Assembly (NCBI GenBank): GCA_963778115.1
Contig: CAVZSV010000004.1
Span: 1,920,001 to 1,984,000, forward strand
Direction of reading: 5' to 3'
Length of the DNA stretch: 64,000 bases
From: an uncultured delta proteobacterium
Lineage (GTDB): Bacteria; Bdellovibrionota; FAC87; UBA2466
Part shown: piece by piece, positions 1-10,690 of the stretch
Numbering within the stretch: the first letter of the stretch is position 1
Layout of the letters: the number at the start of each line of letters is the position of its first letter
Translations under genes and position numbers: made by a program
The notes under the pieces: generated by a model
What the model was told of the DNA's origin: nothing
What the model saw: only the letters and a program-made list of their open reading frames with translations
Database searches by the model: none

Positions 1-1137
1 CCCACACTAGCTTCTCTGATCTCCAACTTCTGCCATGTCCGAGGTTTAAAATGCATTTGCGCCGAAAAGGGAGAACTCGGATTAGAAGATGCGGAACGTT
101 ATCAACCAATGGCCATTTTGTTAGATCTTAACCTCCCCAGCATCAACGGAATTACTGTCCTAGAGCGCCTCAAGCAATCTTCGAAGACCCGACACATTCC
201 CGTTCACGTTTTTTCGGCGGAAGACCAGCGGATAAGGGTACTTCAAATGGGGGCCGTGGGCTTCCTTCAAAAGCCCATTACTAAAGAGGGATTAGAAAAC
301 GCTATTGAAAAGATTGAGGATCAGCTTTCTAGACGATCCAAGACAGTCCTCGTCGTGGATGATAATGACCTGGAACGAGAGAATGTTCGACGCTTGCTCG
401 GAAATGGAGAACTAAAGGTAGTTGACGCAAGTTCAATCTCTCAGGCTTTAGACAAAATAAAGAATAATTCCTTCGATTGTATCATTCTAAATCTTCGTAT
501 CGGTGAGGGAACCGGTCTTGAACTTATTCGAAAACTAGAGCACGGAAAGAAACTACTCCCTCCCATTATCGTTCACACGGATCGGGATCTATCCTCTTCG
601 GAAAATGAAATCTTCCAGAGAGTGGGACGTTCTTTGGTAGTTAAACAGGCGAAGTCTCCTGAACATCTTCTGGACGAGGTGGTTTTATTCCTGCATCGAG
701 TAGAATCCAATCTCCCCGACGACAAACGAGAAATGCTAGAGCGAGTGCGCTACCATGAAGAGGCTTTTGAAGGAAAAAAACTTCTCATCGTGGACGATGA
801 CATGCGAAACGTATTCGCCCTCAGAAAGGTCCTTAACCGAAAAGGATTGGACGTTGTTGTCGGGAAAAATGGGGTCGAGGGAATGAAACAACTTAAAGCG
901 CACCCGGAGATATGCGCGGTACTTACGGATATTATGATGCCCGAAATGGACGGCCTCGAATTAATTCGAAGAATTCGGCGAGACGATAAGCTGACACTAC
1001 TTCCCATTATTGCCATCACGGCAAAGGCAATGAAAGGAGATAAAGAGACGGCAATCGAGGCTGGTGCAAATGATTATCTTCCCAAACCAATAGACGTGGA
1101 AAAACTAATCGCCTTACTGCGCGTATGGCTAAGCTGA
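1..1137 (+). CDS. C-terminal part of a hybrid sensor kinase/response regulator with three tandem receiver domains (5' end outside window)
   Basis: Frame is open from base 1. Three REC repeats: ILLDLNLP..KP; VLVVDD..ILNL (phospho-Asp appears replaced by Asn); LLIVDD..TDIMMP..KP. Confidence 0.9.
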   Translation, partial: PTLASLISNFCHVRGLKCICAEKGELGLEDAERYQPMAILLDLNLPSINGITVLERLKQSSKTRHIPVHVFSAEDQRIRVLQMGAVGFLQKPITKEGLENAIEKIEDQLSRRSKTVLVVDDNDLERENVRRLLGNGELKVVDASSISQALDKIKNNSFDCIILNLRIGEGTGLELIRKLEHGKKLLPPIIVHTDRDLSSSENEIFQRVGRSLVVKQAKSPEHLLDEVVLFLHRVESNLPDDKREMLERVRYHEEAFEGKKLLIVDDDMRNVFALRKVLNRKGLDVVVGKNGVEGMKQLKAHPEICAVLTDIMMPEMDGLELIRRIRRDDKLTLLPIIAITAKAMKGDKETAIEAGANDYLPKPIDVEKLIALLRVWLS

Positions 1138-1985
1138 TGAAACCCTCTGCCCTCGCTCCAGAAGATCTATCCCTCTTACTTGAACGAATCCACGAATGCT
1201 ACGGCTATGACTTTCGCGAATATTCCGCGTCAACCATCAGCAAGAGGACCTCAGATTATATTAGCCGTCATGAGTTGATTAGCATTCATAACTTAGTTAG
1301 CCGTATCGAAGAAAGCGAACAAGCCTTTTCCGATTACCTAAACTACGTGCTTATCGGCCTGACCCATTTTTTTCGTTCTCCTCCCGTCTTCCATGCGCTT
1401 CAAAAGAACGTCTTTCCCTATCTTCGATCGCAGCCGGAGATCCGCATATGGCACGCCGGTTGCTCGACGGGGGAAGAGGTTTACTCTATGGCGATCCTTC
1501 TTAAAGAGGCCGATCTGTACAACCGCTCTTTTCTTTACGCCACCGATATCAATTCGTCCGCACTAGAAAAAGCACGAAGTGGGATTGTGAGTTTGATCTC
1601 GCTGAAACAGGCAACTCCAAATTATTTTGCCTCAGGGGGTAAGGGTAATTTGATCGATCACTTTCACATTCGATACGGTCAGGCCATCATCGATAACTCA
1701 CTCCGGAAGAATATTCTTTTCGGCGATCATAATTTGGCCATGGACGGATCTTTCGGAGAGATGCACCTGGTAGTCTGCCGCAACGTGCTTTATTATTTTA
1801 TGCTCCCCTTAAGAAACCGAGCGCTAAGCCTTCTCCACGAGAGCCTGGCGATGAATGGTTTTTTATGCCTAGGGCTTCGAGAAAACATCTATCAATCTGA
1901 ACACTTAAATAGACTACAGCGGATTGGGAGCGTTCCCTTCTTATTCCGTAAAGTCCCCGCTTTATTGCGCCACGCATCAAAATAA
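1137..1985 (+). CDS. cheR: CheR-type protein-glutamate methyltransferase
   Basis: GYDFREY, THFFR, IRIWHAGCSTGEEVYS, YATDI and CRNVLYYF motifs. ATG at 1137 overlaps the upstream TGA (ORF track starts at 1125). Confidence 0.9.
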   Translation: MKPSALAPEDLSLLLERIHECYGYDFREYSASTISKRTSDYISRHELISIHNLVSRIEESEQAFSDYLNYVLIGLTHFFRSPPVFHALQKNVFPYLRSQPEIRIWHAGCSTGEEVYSMAILLKEADLYNRSFLYATDINSSALEKARSGIVSLISLKQATPNYFASGGKGNLIDHFHIRYGQAIIDNSLRKNILFGDHNLAMDGSFGEMHLVVCRNVLYYFMLPLRNRALSLLHESLAMNGFLCLGLRENIYQSEHLNRLQRIGSVPFLFRKVPALLRHASK

Positions 1986-2026
1986 GTTACCTTTCCCCCA
2001 ACATCTTCACCCATTGGGGGAGTCCT

Positions 2027-3220
2027 ATGAAAGCGTCGCTAAAGCAGGTCAATGTCTTAGTGGTCGATGACAAACCTGAGAGTTTGTTTGCGATCGAAAG
2101 CGCGTTGCGGGAACCGGGACTTAGCATCGTTAAAGCGAACTCAGGAAACGATGCCCTGGGCAAATTACTTGAAGACGATTTCTCCTGCGTTCTTTTGGAT
2201 GTAGAGATGCCTGAGATGGATGGATTTGAAGTGGCCAGGCTCATTCGCGAAGATGCCAATACCAGACACATTCCCATTATGTTCATTACCGCTCATGCCG
2301 CCGAAGGGGATCGTTTCCACGGATATCAAGCCGGTGCAGTAGATTATCTTTTTAAGCCACTCGATCCCAACGTATTACGTAGCAAAGTACGAGTGTTCGC
2401 CGAACTATATCGCCGGTCCGAAATAATTGCAGACCAAAGTCATCGACTGAATGCCTCGCTGGAAGAACAGCGCCGAATTACGCAGGTTCTAGAGCGAAAG
2501 ACAGAGGAGCTTGCCCACAGCAACGCGGAATTGGAGCAATTTGCGTCAATAGCTTCGCACGATTTAAAGGAACCCCTAAGAGTAGTCCGAAGCTACTTGG
2601 GGTTGCTGCAAAGGACCGCAAAATTAGATGACAGAGAAACGGATTTTCTAAACTCCGCTAAGGACGCCACGGGCCGCATGCAAGAACTCGTCGACGATCT
2701 TCTCCGTTACGCCAGGCTAGGAGAACAAGTAAAGTCTGCCGAGGCCATCGATTGTAGCCGAGTATTCGACACGGTCGTGAAAGACTTAGGAAAGATTATT
2801 GAAGAGACTAATGGCCGCATCACTCGAGACGAACTTCCTATGCTTAATGCGGACGATACCCATCTACGCCAGATAATACAAAACCTTATCACCAATGCCC
2901 TAAAATTTCGCTGTGACCGCCTTCCCGAAGTCCACGTGAGCGCCGAAGATCGGGGAAATCAATGGCTCTTTTCGGTTCGCGATAACGGAATCGGGATCGC
3001 TCCTGAATATAAGGAGCGAATCTTTCTGATGTTTCAACGCCTTCACGGTAAGGATAAATATTCCGGAAACGGGATAGGCCTAGCCGTCTGCAAGAAACTA
3101 ATCAGCCGATACGGGGGAAATATTTGGGTGGAATCCGAGATAGGCGTTGGATCGACCTTTTTCTTCACGTTTCCTAAGGTCCCGATCGCCGAGCTTAAAA
3201 CCGCCCAAATGGCTCCTTAA
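2027..3220 (+). CDS. Hybrid response regulator/sensor histidine kinase (REC-HisKA-HATPase)
   Basis: LVVDD..LLDVEMP receiver; ASHDLKEPL H-box; QNLITNALKF N-box; DNGIGI and GNGIGLA G-boxes. Confidence 0.93.
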   Translation: MKASLKQVNVLVVDDKPESLFAIESALREPGLSIVKANSGNDALGKLLEDDFSCVLLDVEMPEMDGFEVARLIREDANTRHIPIMFITAHAAEGDRFHGYQAGAVDYLFKPLDPNVLRSKVRVFAELYRRSEIIADQSHRLNASLEEQRRITQVLERKTEELAHSNAELEQFASIASHDLKEPLRVVRSYLGLLQRTAKLDDRETDFLNSAKDATGRMQELVDDLLRYARLGEQVKSAEAIDCSRVFDTVVKDLGKIIEETNGRITRDELPMLNADDTHLRQIIQNLITNALKFRCDRLPEVHVSAEDRGNQWLFSVRDNGIGIAPEYKERIFLMFQRLHGKDKYSGNGIGLAVCKKLISRYGGNIWVESEIGVGSTFFFTFPKVPIAELKTAQMAP

Positions 3221-3340
3221 GGGATAGGTGAAAGCGACTTTTGACGCGCAATTCCCTAAGCAGGGGTAGTTGCGTACTGATCTTTCCCTAAATAAGCTAT
3301 CCTAAGATTTCGAATTGCGAATAGAATCTTTAGGAACGCC

Positions 3341-4105
3341 ATGCTTCGCGGAAACCATACCATCAACTACTATTCCAAAGGCAACGCCATCGTCTGGATG
3401 ACGATGGCCTTGCAAGCCGGTTTGATAAATAGTGGAGGCATGATGGCGTGTCACCGTTTCGTTTCGCACGTGACCGGCTTCGCTACTGCGTTTGGAATGG
3501 AGTGGGACCGTACCTCTTTCCCACAGGCGGTCGGAATATTAGCCGTACCTGTTTTTTTTCTATTGGGAAGCATGCTCAGTGGGTTTCTAGTGGATCTCAG
3601 GCTCAAGCTACGTAAGAAACCTCGCTACTTTATTCCGTTCGGAATTAATTTTGTGCTGATCTTAATGGTCTATTTAGGAGGCTCTTGGGGTTACTTTGGC
3701 AAATTCGGAGAGCCCAATCATTGGCAGCTGTATTTCCTATTAAGCTCTCTGTGTTTAGTCTGCGGAATTCAAAACGGCGCTGTCACTTCGGTCTCGCGCT
3801 CGGTAATTCGAACGACCCATCTGACCGGCATCACCACCGATTTAGGTGTGGGAATCGTACGGTTTTGGAACCGCAATAAAGTTCCCGAATACCCCACGAA
3901 TGAGGGCAAAGCGAACCTGATGCGAGCAGGAATTATTACTTTCTTCATCGCAGGATCGGTAGGGGGAGCCTATCTCTATTCGTCACTTCGCTTCGAGGGT
4001 TTCCTGGCCCCCACGCTTACCGCTGGAGCGCTATTAGGGGGAATGATCTATTTTCAATTAACACCGGCGGAAAGCCATCGCACTGGTGAAGCAAGCCGCT
4101 CATAA
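3341..4105 (+). CDS. YoaK/DUF1275 family membrane protein
   Basis: AGLINS, FVSHVTG, GIQNG and IRTTHLTGITTDLG motifs; multiple TM helices. Confidence 0.88.
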   Translation: MLRGNHTINYYSKGNAIVWMTMALQAGLINSGGMMACHRFVSHVTGFATAFGMEWDRTSFPQAVGILAVPVFFLLGSMLSGFLVDLRLKLRKKPRYFIPFGINFVLILMVYLGGSWGYFGKFGEPNHWQLYFLLSSLCLVCGIQNGAVTSVSRSVIRTTHLTGITTDLGVGIVRFWNRNKVPEYPTNEGKANLMRAGIITFFIAGSVGGAYLYSSLRFEGFLAPTLTAGALLGGMIYFQLTPAESHRTGEASRS

Positions 4106-4324
4106 ATATGGCACGCTACCCACACACACTTGCGTACCTCAACGCCAAAGGACCGTAACGTCCCCAAAGCCAAAAGAAGAAAAGACAAAAGCTATCCGCC
4201 GCGCGACGGATAAACCGGGGGCTGAGATCGTCGCGACGGCACAATCTTTTCGCTAAATTATGCCTCAATGGCGTAGGACACCCCGACGAAAAAGTCGCTC
4301 ACGTTTCGCGAAACGAAGGGTAGG

Positions 4325-5497
4325 TTAACCTCCCTCAATCAGGCCGCTACATCTTTCGGACGACAGAAATTTAAGAGGTTCGTCCAAACGGCGTGCCCAA
4401 TCCAGACTGGAATGATCGGCGTATGGAAAAGTCCTATAGTGAATCCAGTTCAAAGAAACTCCCCTTGTCTGAAGCGCGCGGTAAAAGCGCTTTGCAGACC
4501 CTTCGTAACCCGAATCCTGCCCCTGATCTCCGTGATCAAAATAAAGGCGAAAAGGTAACTTAGGGTTTGCGTCGTTCTCGATAAGCTTAAGCAGCGCGCT
4601 GTTCTGATTAAAGACGGGTAACGATAATCCTCCGGCGGCAGAGAAGACCTCCGGATAGCGCCACATCAGATCGACCGCTATGGATGCACCCAACGACATT
4701 CCCAGGGTCGAGGTGTGCCTGCGATCGGCCAGAGTTCTAAAGTGCTGATCGATATAGGTTTTCACCGTATCGATCACAAATCTCGCATACGTTTTACCCT
4801 GGACTTCGTAATCGTATTCATCGTCACGAGAAAGAGTATTGCCAATGCCGACTAAGATCGTAGGCTCCATCTCTCCCGATTTCACGAGTCGATCGGAAGC
4901 CTCATCGATTCCAAGTCCGTACCCTGGTGCAGCGTGATCGGTCCCGAAAAAATACTGCCCGTCGTGAAGATACATGACCGGAAAACGCCGTGTCGGATCG
5001 GTCTCGTAATTAGGCGGCGTGTAAATGAGCAGCCGCCGGTGATTATGAAGCTCTGGTGAGTAAAAGTTTTCAACCGTTTTCACACCCGCTTTTGATAAAC
5101 GTGGACCAAGGTCTTTCCAGTGGGGAATACTTCTCACCACGGTCGTCGTCTCTTCGACTAGATCCGCGCGTGAATTATTCATCCCGTTTCCCCAAGAGTC
5201 GGCCGCTTCATTTAAGTAACTCCCCCGGGTCACCTTAAAAAGGAGACTCTGCGTGTGGGACGGGACGGTCACGTCCAACTGATAAATCAGAGGCGCTAGA
5301 GGATACATCTGCTTTCCGTTGGGAGCCCACCCACCAAGTTCCGGCAGATTTCCCGCGATAAAGATTTGACTCTCGGCTGGAGTGGCTTGGGGAACCTTCA
5401 CGATAAAATGGATGCACTTCGTTTGATCAGCTTTCAACGTAGGAAGAAGCGACATCGTTAAAATCGCCAGAAGAACTTTGCCTAGACTATATTTCAT
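4325..5497 (-). CDS. Secreted CBM20 (starch-binding)-alpha/beta-hydrolase esterase fusion
   Basis: Signal peptide; IFIAGNLPELGGW (CBM20-like); IYTPPNY..FPVMYLHDGQ; GMSLG nucleophile elbow; C-terminal H..W.RR. Confidence 0.8.
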   Translation of the reverse strand: MKYSLGKVLLAILTMSLLPTLKADQTKCIHFIVKVPQATPAESQIFIAGNLPELGGWAPNGKQMYPLAPLIYQLDVTVPSHTQSLLFKVTRGSYLNEAADSWGNGMNNSRADLVEETTTVVRSIPHWKDLGPRLSKAGVKTVENFYSPELHNHRRLLIYTPPNYETDPTRRFPVMYLHDGQYFFGTDHAAPGYGLGIDEASDRLVKSGEMEPTILVGIGNTLSRDDEYDYEVQGKTYARFVIDTVKTYIDQHFRTLADRRHTSTLGMSLGASIAVDLMWRYPEVFSAAGGLSLPVFNQNSALLKLIENDANPKLPFRLYFDHGDQGQDSGYEGSAKRFYRALQTRGVSLNWIHYRTFPYADHSSLDWARRLDEPLKFLSSERCSGLIEGG

Positions 5498-5714
5498 TTC
5501 CTTCCTGACTTACCTCAATTGACATCGTATGTCATTACCATGGCCCCGTTGCTGCATCGCGGCATATAAATTCTTACGCTTAGCGCCAAAATAACAGTGG
5601 ACAACTGACTACTGAACAGAGAAAAAAAAATCGGTTGGGGGGGAAGTATTTTTTTTCTGATACTACCTCCGTAAATCTTGTTCAAAAATTTTTCCGCGGT
5701 TCTGGGACAGTCGC

Positions 5715-7955
5715 ATGACAAAGTACGTCTTCAGCCTAGTCCTCTGGATAGGCTTTGCCTTTTGCTTTTCAACTTCTCTTGCAGCCGTTGATCTCGAGGA
5801 ACTCGAGAATATCGTCGCGCAAGCGTCAACTCCGCAGGAGTTTTTGGAGAACCCCGACTTAAGGCTTCAATACCGTGAAGCGATAAAACGTTTCATGGGC
5901 TACGACGAAAGATTCAACGAGGGATACGACCTCATTCTCAACGGTTTTCAAGACATAGCAAACCTCTATCCCGAATTTGCGAAACGATCTTGGGAGACCA
6001 ACCCCCATTGGAAAGATGAAGGATTCGAGTTTTCCGCAACTTCAGTGGGCAGCGGTCTGCAACTAAAGCCCGCAAGTATACCGCCGCTGCTTTCACAGAT
6101 GGAGAGTGAATTGGCAGCACTCTGCGAGAATCTTCGAGCCGAAGGAATGGAAGCAATCCAAAGTGAACTTGACTCCTTGAACGATTTCTACCTGACCCGG
6201 GTACCTCTTAAGTCGGTGGAAGAGGTCGCCTTACTCTCTGATCTTCAAAAGAGCCAATACCGAAATTCGGTCGTTCGAAAGACGGGAGATCTTCTGAAAT
6301 CTCCCGAGTTCGCCTCGCGAATAAAAGAACTTTCGGCCCGGGTCACATTAGCCCTTCTTCATCTTCCCCAAGTCGAAGGAACGTTGCGCAGTCCCATCGT
6401 CAGTGTCTTGGTGGCTCAGATTAGAGACCTCCTCACTCCGGGGAGAATGGGAAATGCTATCCGTAATGAACTCGGGCTTAGAGCCCCGGATCAACTTCTC
6501 AACATGCTCAAGATAAGATTGACGGTTACGAATCAGTTTCTCGGTGAGTTCGAAGCGGGAATGAAAAGCCGTGAGAAGTTTCGCGACATACGAAATTCCC
6601 GTTTGGGTCCGAATGCCATAAAAGAGCTTCACGAAATTCTGCAACAAGATACCGCAGCCGACGAGAGCACGGTGGTTGCCAGAATGTCCGAAGAAGCACA
6701 GCGCGAGTACGAGACGTGGGAGAAGGAGCAGAGCATTGTTCGTAGTCGTTTATTAGAAACTTTTCACAAGTTCTCGGACGGCTCTCGATTCTTCACATAC
6801 CCCATTCAAGAAGACGGATCGCGCAAGACAATTCGTCTTGGAGCGTCGGGTAGCGGTGGAGTGAGGCTTCTAAAAAATCCCCGACCCTTTCATGCATTTT
6901 TCAGCAGCCTCAAAAAAGGCGAATGCGCTTGGACTCAGCCTCGCCGCTGGACGATTTCAGGATTTGCCGGAAATGTGACGTACTTCACGCAGGGAATTGA
7001 TGGAGAGGGAGCGGAAGGTACGATTAAGATTCTTCAGACAAGTTCAGCAGAAGGAGTATTCCATTCGGTTATCGAAAGCAGTAGTGAAGCGGTGAGCGGC
7101 AAGATCCTCATTCTTGACTCGGAAAATCGTTCATTCGAAATCCCGATCTTGTGGGAAGTTGCAAAAACCCTTTCCCTAGACTTCCCGGGGCTCTCGGCAT
7201 CAAATGGGTGGAATATCGAAGAGCATACCCGTTCCAAAACCAGAGCGCTCTATGAGACTCCGGCCTATATTTACGGCAAGAAGATACCCCTGGCACATCG
7301 GCTGGTCCTTACCGACCCCGATGCAAAAATAATGTCTGAATATTACCAAAACGACGGACATTACGCCGGCCCCTACTTGCTCTTCGACGGCAGTTTTGAT
7401 GGAGATACTCTGACCGTTCTGGACTTTGATGCAAGAAAGCCTCTCACCGAGATAAGATCGGAAATACTCTTCAATCGCTTGAGCAACTTACACTACGATC
7501 CTGAAGAAGGGCGGGAAAAGGCGGTGCACTATGGCTATGACCCCAAAGAGATAGAAGACGTCATCCATATTTTCCCGGGCCAAGATGAAGCGACACGTAC
7601 CGTGCTAGCCGATCTCATGAACGGCTCCCCGGCTACCGACCAGGCCACGGCGGCACTGACTTACTATCGGGTTGCCCTGGAAACCTTTCCTCAAGATCCC
7701 AACCTTCTCCAAACTCGCCTTCTCGAGGGGATCGAAAACAACGCGATCATCAAAGCAAACCGAGATCACTCCTCCTATCACGCAGCTCTTCAGGCTCTTG
7801 ATGCGGCTCTCCGCGCTAATGCGGCTGAAGTTTCAAAATATGAAATTCCTCACTGGCAGGAGCTAATCGCGTCCAGAATGCAACCTGTTCCTCTGCTTCA
7901 ATATGACGGGGTGGATTGTGCGCAAGAAGTGAGCGAGGCTCTAAGGCCTCAATAA
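5715..7955 (+). CDS. Large secreted hypothetical protein
   Basis: 746-aa ORF with a Sec-type signal (..STSLA/A); no family recognised. Confidence 0.75.
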   Translation: MTKYVFSLVLWIGFAFCFSTSLAAVDLEELENIVAQASTPQEFLENPDLRLQYREAIKRFMGYDERFNEGYDLILNGFQDIANLYPEFAKRSWETNPHWKDEGFEFSATSVGSGLQLKPASIPPLLSQMESELAALCENLRAEGMEAIQSELDSLNDFYLTRVPLKSVEEVALLSDLQKSQYRNSVVRKTGDLLKSPEFASRIKELSARVTLALLHLPQVEGTLRSPIVSVLVAQIRDLLTPGRMGNAIRNELGLRAPDQLLNMLKIRLTVTNQFLGEFEAGMKSREKFRDIRNSRLGPNAIKELHEILQQDTAADESTVVARMSEEAQREYETWEKEQSIVRSRLLETFHKFSDGSRFFTYPIQEDGSRKTIRLGASGSGGVRLLKNPRPFHAFFSSLKKGECAWTQPRRWTISGFAGNVTYFTQGIDGEGAEGTIKILQTSSAEGVFHSVIESSSEAVSGKILILDSENRSFEIPILWEVAKTLSLDFPGLSASNGWNIEEHTRSKTRALYETPAYIYGKKIPLAHRLVLTDPDAKIMSEYYQNDGHYAGPYLLFDGSFDGDTLTVLDFDARKPLTEIRSEILFNRLSNLHYDPEEGREKAVHYGYDPKEIEDVIHIFPGQDEATRTVLADLMNGSPATDQATAALTYYRVALETFPQDPNLLQTRLLEGIENNAIIKANRDHSSYHAALQALDAALRANAAEVSKYEIPHWQELIASRMQPVPLLQYDGVDCAQEVSEALRPQ

Positions 7956-8044
7956 GCAGTACCCTAGGAGCACCACGCATTACTCCGTGGCTTGCATTTT
8001 GAAATAGTCCCATGCCACCTCTAGAAATTTCCGATAAACGGGAC

Positions 8045-9436
8045 TCATTCGTTCAATTCTCTTTCTTTGGCTACAATTTTCTGTTCACGTAACTCCAGCT
8101 CTTTGCGTTTGTCCGCAATTTTTTGCTCAAATTGCTCCAAGTGAACGGGCCCAAAATCATAGTACTGGCCGCGCGGAGAGTTTTTTATCTCCTGAATTTG
8201 ATTCCGGAGGCGCGTTGCCGTTTGTTGCATACTAGTGACACCGCTTTTTTCGACCTCAAGAAGCTCGCGATCATATTTCAATTGTGTCCGCATCTCTGCT
8301 TTCGCCCTTTCCGCCGCAACCTTTTTTTCCGCCGCCGCGACCGAAAGGAGATCCTTTCCTGAACGCCGTTCTAAGATTTCGGTTATCTTTTTTTCTTGTG
8401 ACAGAGTAAGGGGCTCGCCCCAGAAAAAAGAGGCATAGACATCGGTATCTAAGTTCGCCGTAGAGGCAAGGCGTCGATAGAGCCCCGCGGTGGAGAATCC
8501 CCACCGTCGCGAATATAGCTCCAGAGATACCGCCCTTGAATCCAGCTCCTCTGTGGGGGCTTCAAAATCCGTGGGATTAAATTTTCTGACGCAAACGATA
8601 GCCGTGGTACCGGTGAGCCAGGAGTGAAAATCGTAGGGCACAGGATCGGAGAGGCTAAGGGTAACGGTACGCTCTTTACTCGTATAGGCGGTCAAATTTC
8701 CAACAGGGGTTTCTTGGAAGTAGTGTTGCCACGCCATTACTTGAAATCGAGATTGAACCCGCTTTTTCACCCAATCCAAAAGACTATTACGATCCGCAGA
8801 TTCAAGGACCACTTGCGCGGAAGGGACCGACCAGCTAAACGGGCACGCCCTATCTAAGTCATAGTCGTCGGCCTCAGCAAGGGGTTGCCAAAAAAAGCTC
8901 CCATCGAAAAACGTGGGAATCATGGCATCCATCGCAAGCGTATAGAGCGCCCGTTCGTGATCGAACGTTAGAAGGCGATGAGATTGGGGACCTAAGAAAT
9001 CCGTGAAGTCAGAAGCGATCTGCAGCAAGCGCTGAAAGAGCCTCTCCTCTCTCGCCGTATTTGCCTCATTCGCTCTCTCCGCTCGAATACGACGGATGGA
9101 TGTTTGGGACATAGCGCCGATCCCTATGGTATCTTGGGGGACGCGGTATAGGGTCTGCAGCGACTCGATATAGTCGCTTTCCTTAACCGGTTTCACTGCT
9201 ATTGTGCCCGTTTTGCCTCCACAAAGAGCAAGCAAGCTTTCCGCCGATAGGTCGTCAAGATCGTGACTGAAAGACTTCCGAGCTCCGCAGGATCTCAGGT
9301 AGACGATCCCTCTATGGGAAAAAAGGAGATTGGATTCGTGTCTATCCGACTCCAGGAGGATGAATCCAGAAGCTTCAAAAGCTGAGAAGAAAATAAAAAC
9401 TAAAACCGGTAACGTCCGCATAATTCGTTTATTCAC
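8045..9436 (-). CDS. Secreted hypothetical protein; divergent paralog of the 49.3-57.7 kb tandem family, with a C-terminal coiled coil
   Basis: Signal peptide. GIVYLRSCG, LDDLSAESLLALC, IPTFFDG, ACPFSW, VCVR and SLELYSRRWGFSTAGLYRR match the array motifs in the same order. Confidence 0.75.
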   Translation of the reverse strand: MNKRIMRTLPVLVFIFFSAFEASGFILLESDRHESNLLFSHRGIVYLRSCGARKSFSHDLDDLSAESLLALCGGKTGTIAVKPVKESDYIESLQTLYRVPQDTIGIGAMSQTSIRRIRAERANEANTAREERLFQRLLQIASDFTDFLGPQSHRLLTFDHERALYTLAMDAMIPTFFDGSFFWQPLAEADDYDLDRACPFSWSVPSAQVVLESADRNSLLDWVKKRVQSRFQVMAWQHYFQETPVGNLTAYTSKERTVTLSLSDPVPYDFHSWLTGTTAIVCVRKFNPTDFEAPTEELDSRAVSLELYSRRWGFSTAGLYRRLASTANLDTDVYASFFWGEPLTLSQEKKITEILERRSGKDLLSVAAAEKKVAAERAKAEMRTQLKYDRELLEVEKSGVTSMQQTATRLRNQIQEIKNSPRGQYYDFGPVHLEQFEQKIADKRKELELREQKIVAKERELNE

Positions 9437-9519
9437 ACGGCAAAAAGGGTGTCAACTTTCCTTTGTGGGTTGGACGTTTTCGACCCGGGCACTTTGGGAA
9501 CCCAGGGCCTGCTCGTTAA

Positions 9520-10587
9520 TCAGAAACGATAGCTATAGGTGACGCTAAGAGAGCCATAAACCTCCAGAATGCTTTCTCCCTGAAACTCCGGGCTCTTTGA
9601 AACCTGCTGCCATACCAACCGAACCTTTCCTAAACGAACCACAAGGCCCAGATTATATTCCAGACTATACGGATATTTATTAATGCTTGGACTCGATACA
9701 AAGGTATTTCCATCCAAAAAAATATTTCGCAAGATCCCTCTAGCTTCGCCCGCGGCAAAAGCATACATCTCGAAAAAGCGGTGCCTTCGCGATTGCGATT
9801 CCCCTCTTGCCACGATGTAGGGATCAAGGCCTATGGGTGATAGATTACTGGGACCAAAATCATCCGTCATATGATAGCCAAAACGAATCGTGCTTCCGAC
9901 TCCTGCATAAATGAAAACGTTTCCAAGAGCAGCTCCCACGTACGGGATGACATCACAGAGATGGGTTCCATCCGAAAGCGGTAATGCCCAGACAGTTCGT
10001 TTGAGTTGATAGGCAACAGACAGTGTGGGCTCCGTGCGAAGTTGATTTGCCCACCCTTGGGGCTCCGGAGCTCCAATGACACTGTGAACTAATTTTTGTG
10101 CTTGCTCAGCGAGGGACGGAGGTCCGATAACTCCGACGTCTAATTCCCAGCTGTGTAGCCAATCGTTGTTTTGAACATAGAACATGAGTCCCGCGTAAAG
10201 ATAACCCGCGTACGGTCGATCGAGCGGATTGGGGTTCGGGTTTGAAAGATCGTGGGGCGTGTACATCTGCTGTCCCAAGGCCATGCCAATATTGAATTTA
10301 GAATTCGTACCCTCGAGTCCCCGTCGCAATCCCGGGATAAACGACGCAATCCAATTACCCCACCCAGGAAGGCGCTCATCCGCGAACAGATAAGAAAAGC
10401 GAATTCCGCTGGTGTAATTGCGATCGGTCGCTTTAAGTAAGCTCAGTGCTCGCGTGTCGTTTTCTATGTAGAGATTAATATCGTAGTTGTTTTCTTCGGA
10501 CTGGGCGACAGGCTCAGCGGCGGAGGCCAAAGCAATAGAGAAGAGCCACAAAGATAGTAGAGATAAATAAGGGAGAACCAATTTCAC
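9520..10587 (-). CDS. Lipid A deacylase LpxR family / DUF2219 outer-membrane beta-barrel
   Basis: END..DRNYTSG, GQQMYTP, DRPYAGYLY, GVIGPPS, GW.NQL and NIFLDGN motifs; C-terminal Phe. Confidence 0.88.
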   Translation of the reverse strand: MKLVLPYLSLLSLWLFSIALASAAEPVAQSEENNYDINLYIENDTRALSLLKATDRNYTSGIRFSYLFADERLPGWGNWIASFIPGLRRGLEGTNSKFNIGMALGQQMYTPHDLSNPNPNPLDRPYAGYLYAGLMFYVQNNDWLHSWELDVGVIGPPSLAEQAQKLVHSVIGAPEPQGWANQLRTEPTLSVAYQLKRTVWALPLSDGTHLCDVIPYVGAALGNVFIYAGVGSTIRFGYHMTDDFGPSNLSPIGLDPYIVARGESQSRRHRFFEMYAFAAGEARGILRNIFLDGNTFVSSPSINKYPYSLEYNLGLVVRLGKVRLVWQQVSKSPEFQGESILEVYGSLSVTYSYRF

Positions 10588-10690
10588 TTACAGCCACTCC
10601 TCGCCCCCCTTTTCACTGTGGTGAATGGATACCATATTGCCCCTGTAGAAAGGTACTTACTTCCTTATTTAGAAAGACACCTCCGCTGCT

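Noticed and set aside
5622..5656. A9/G7/T8 homopolymers upstream of the 746-aa gene as a phase-variable promoter
   Set aside because: The tracts are short, and no clear -35/-10 pair brackets them.
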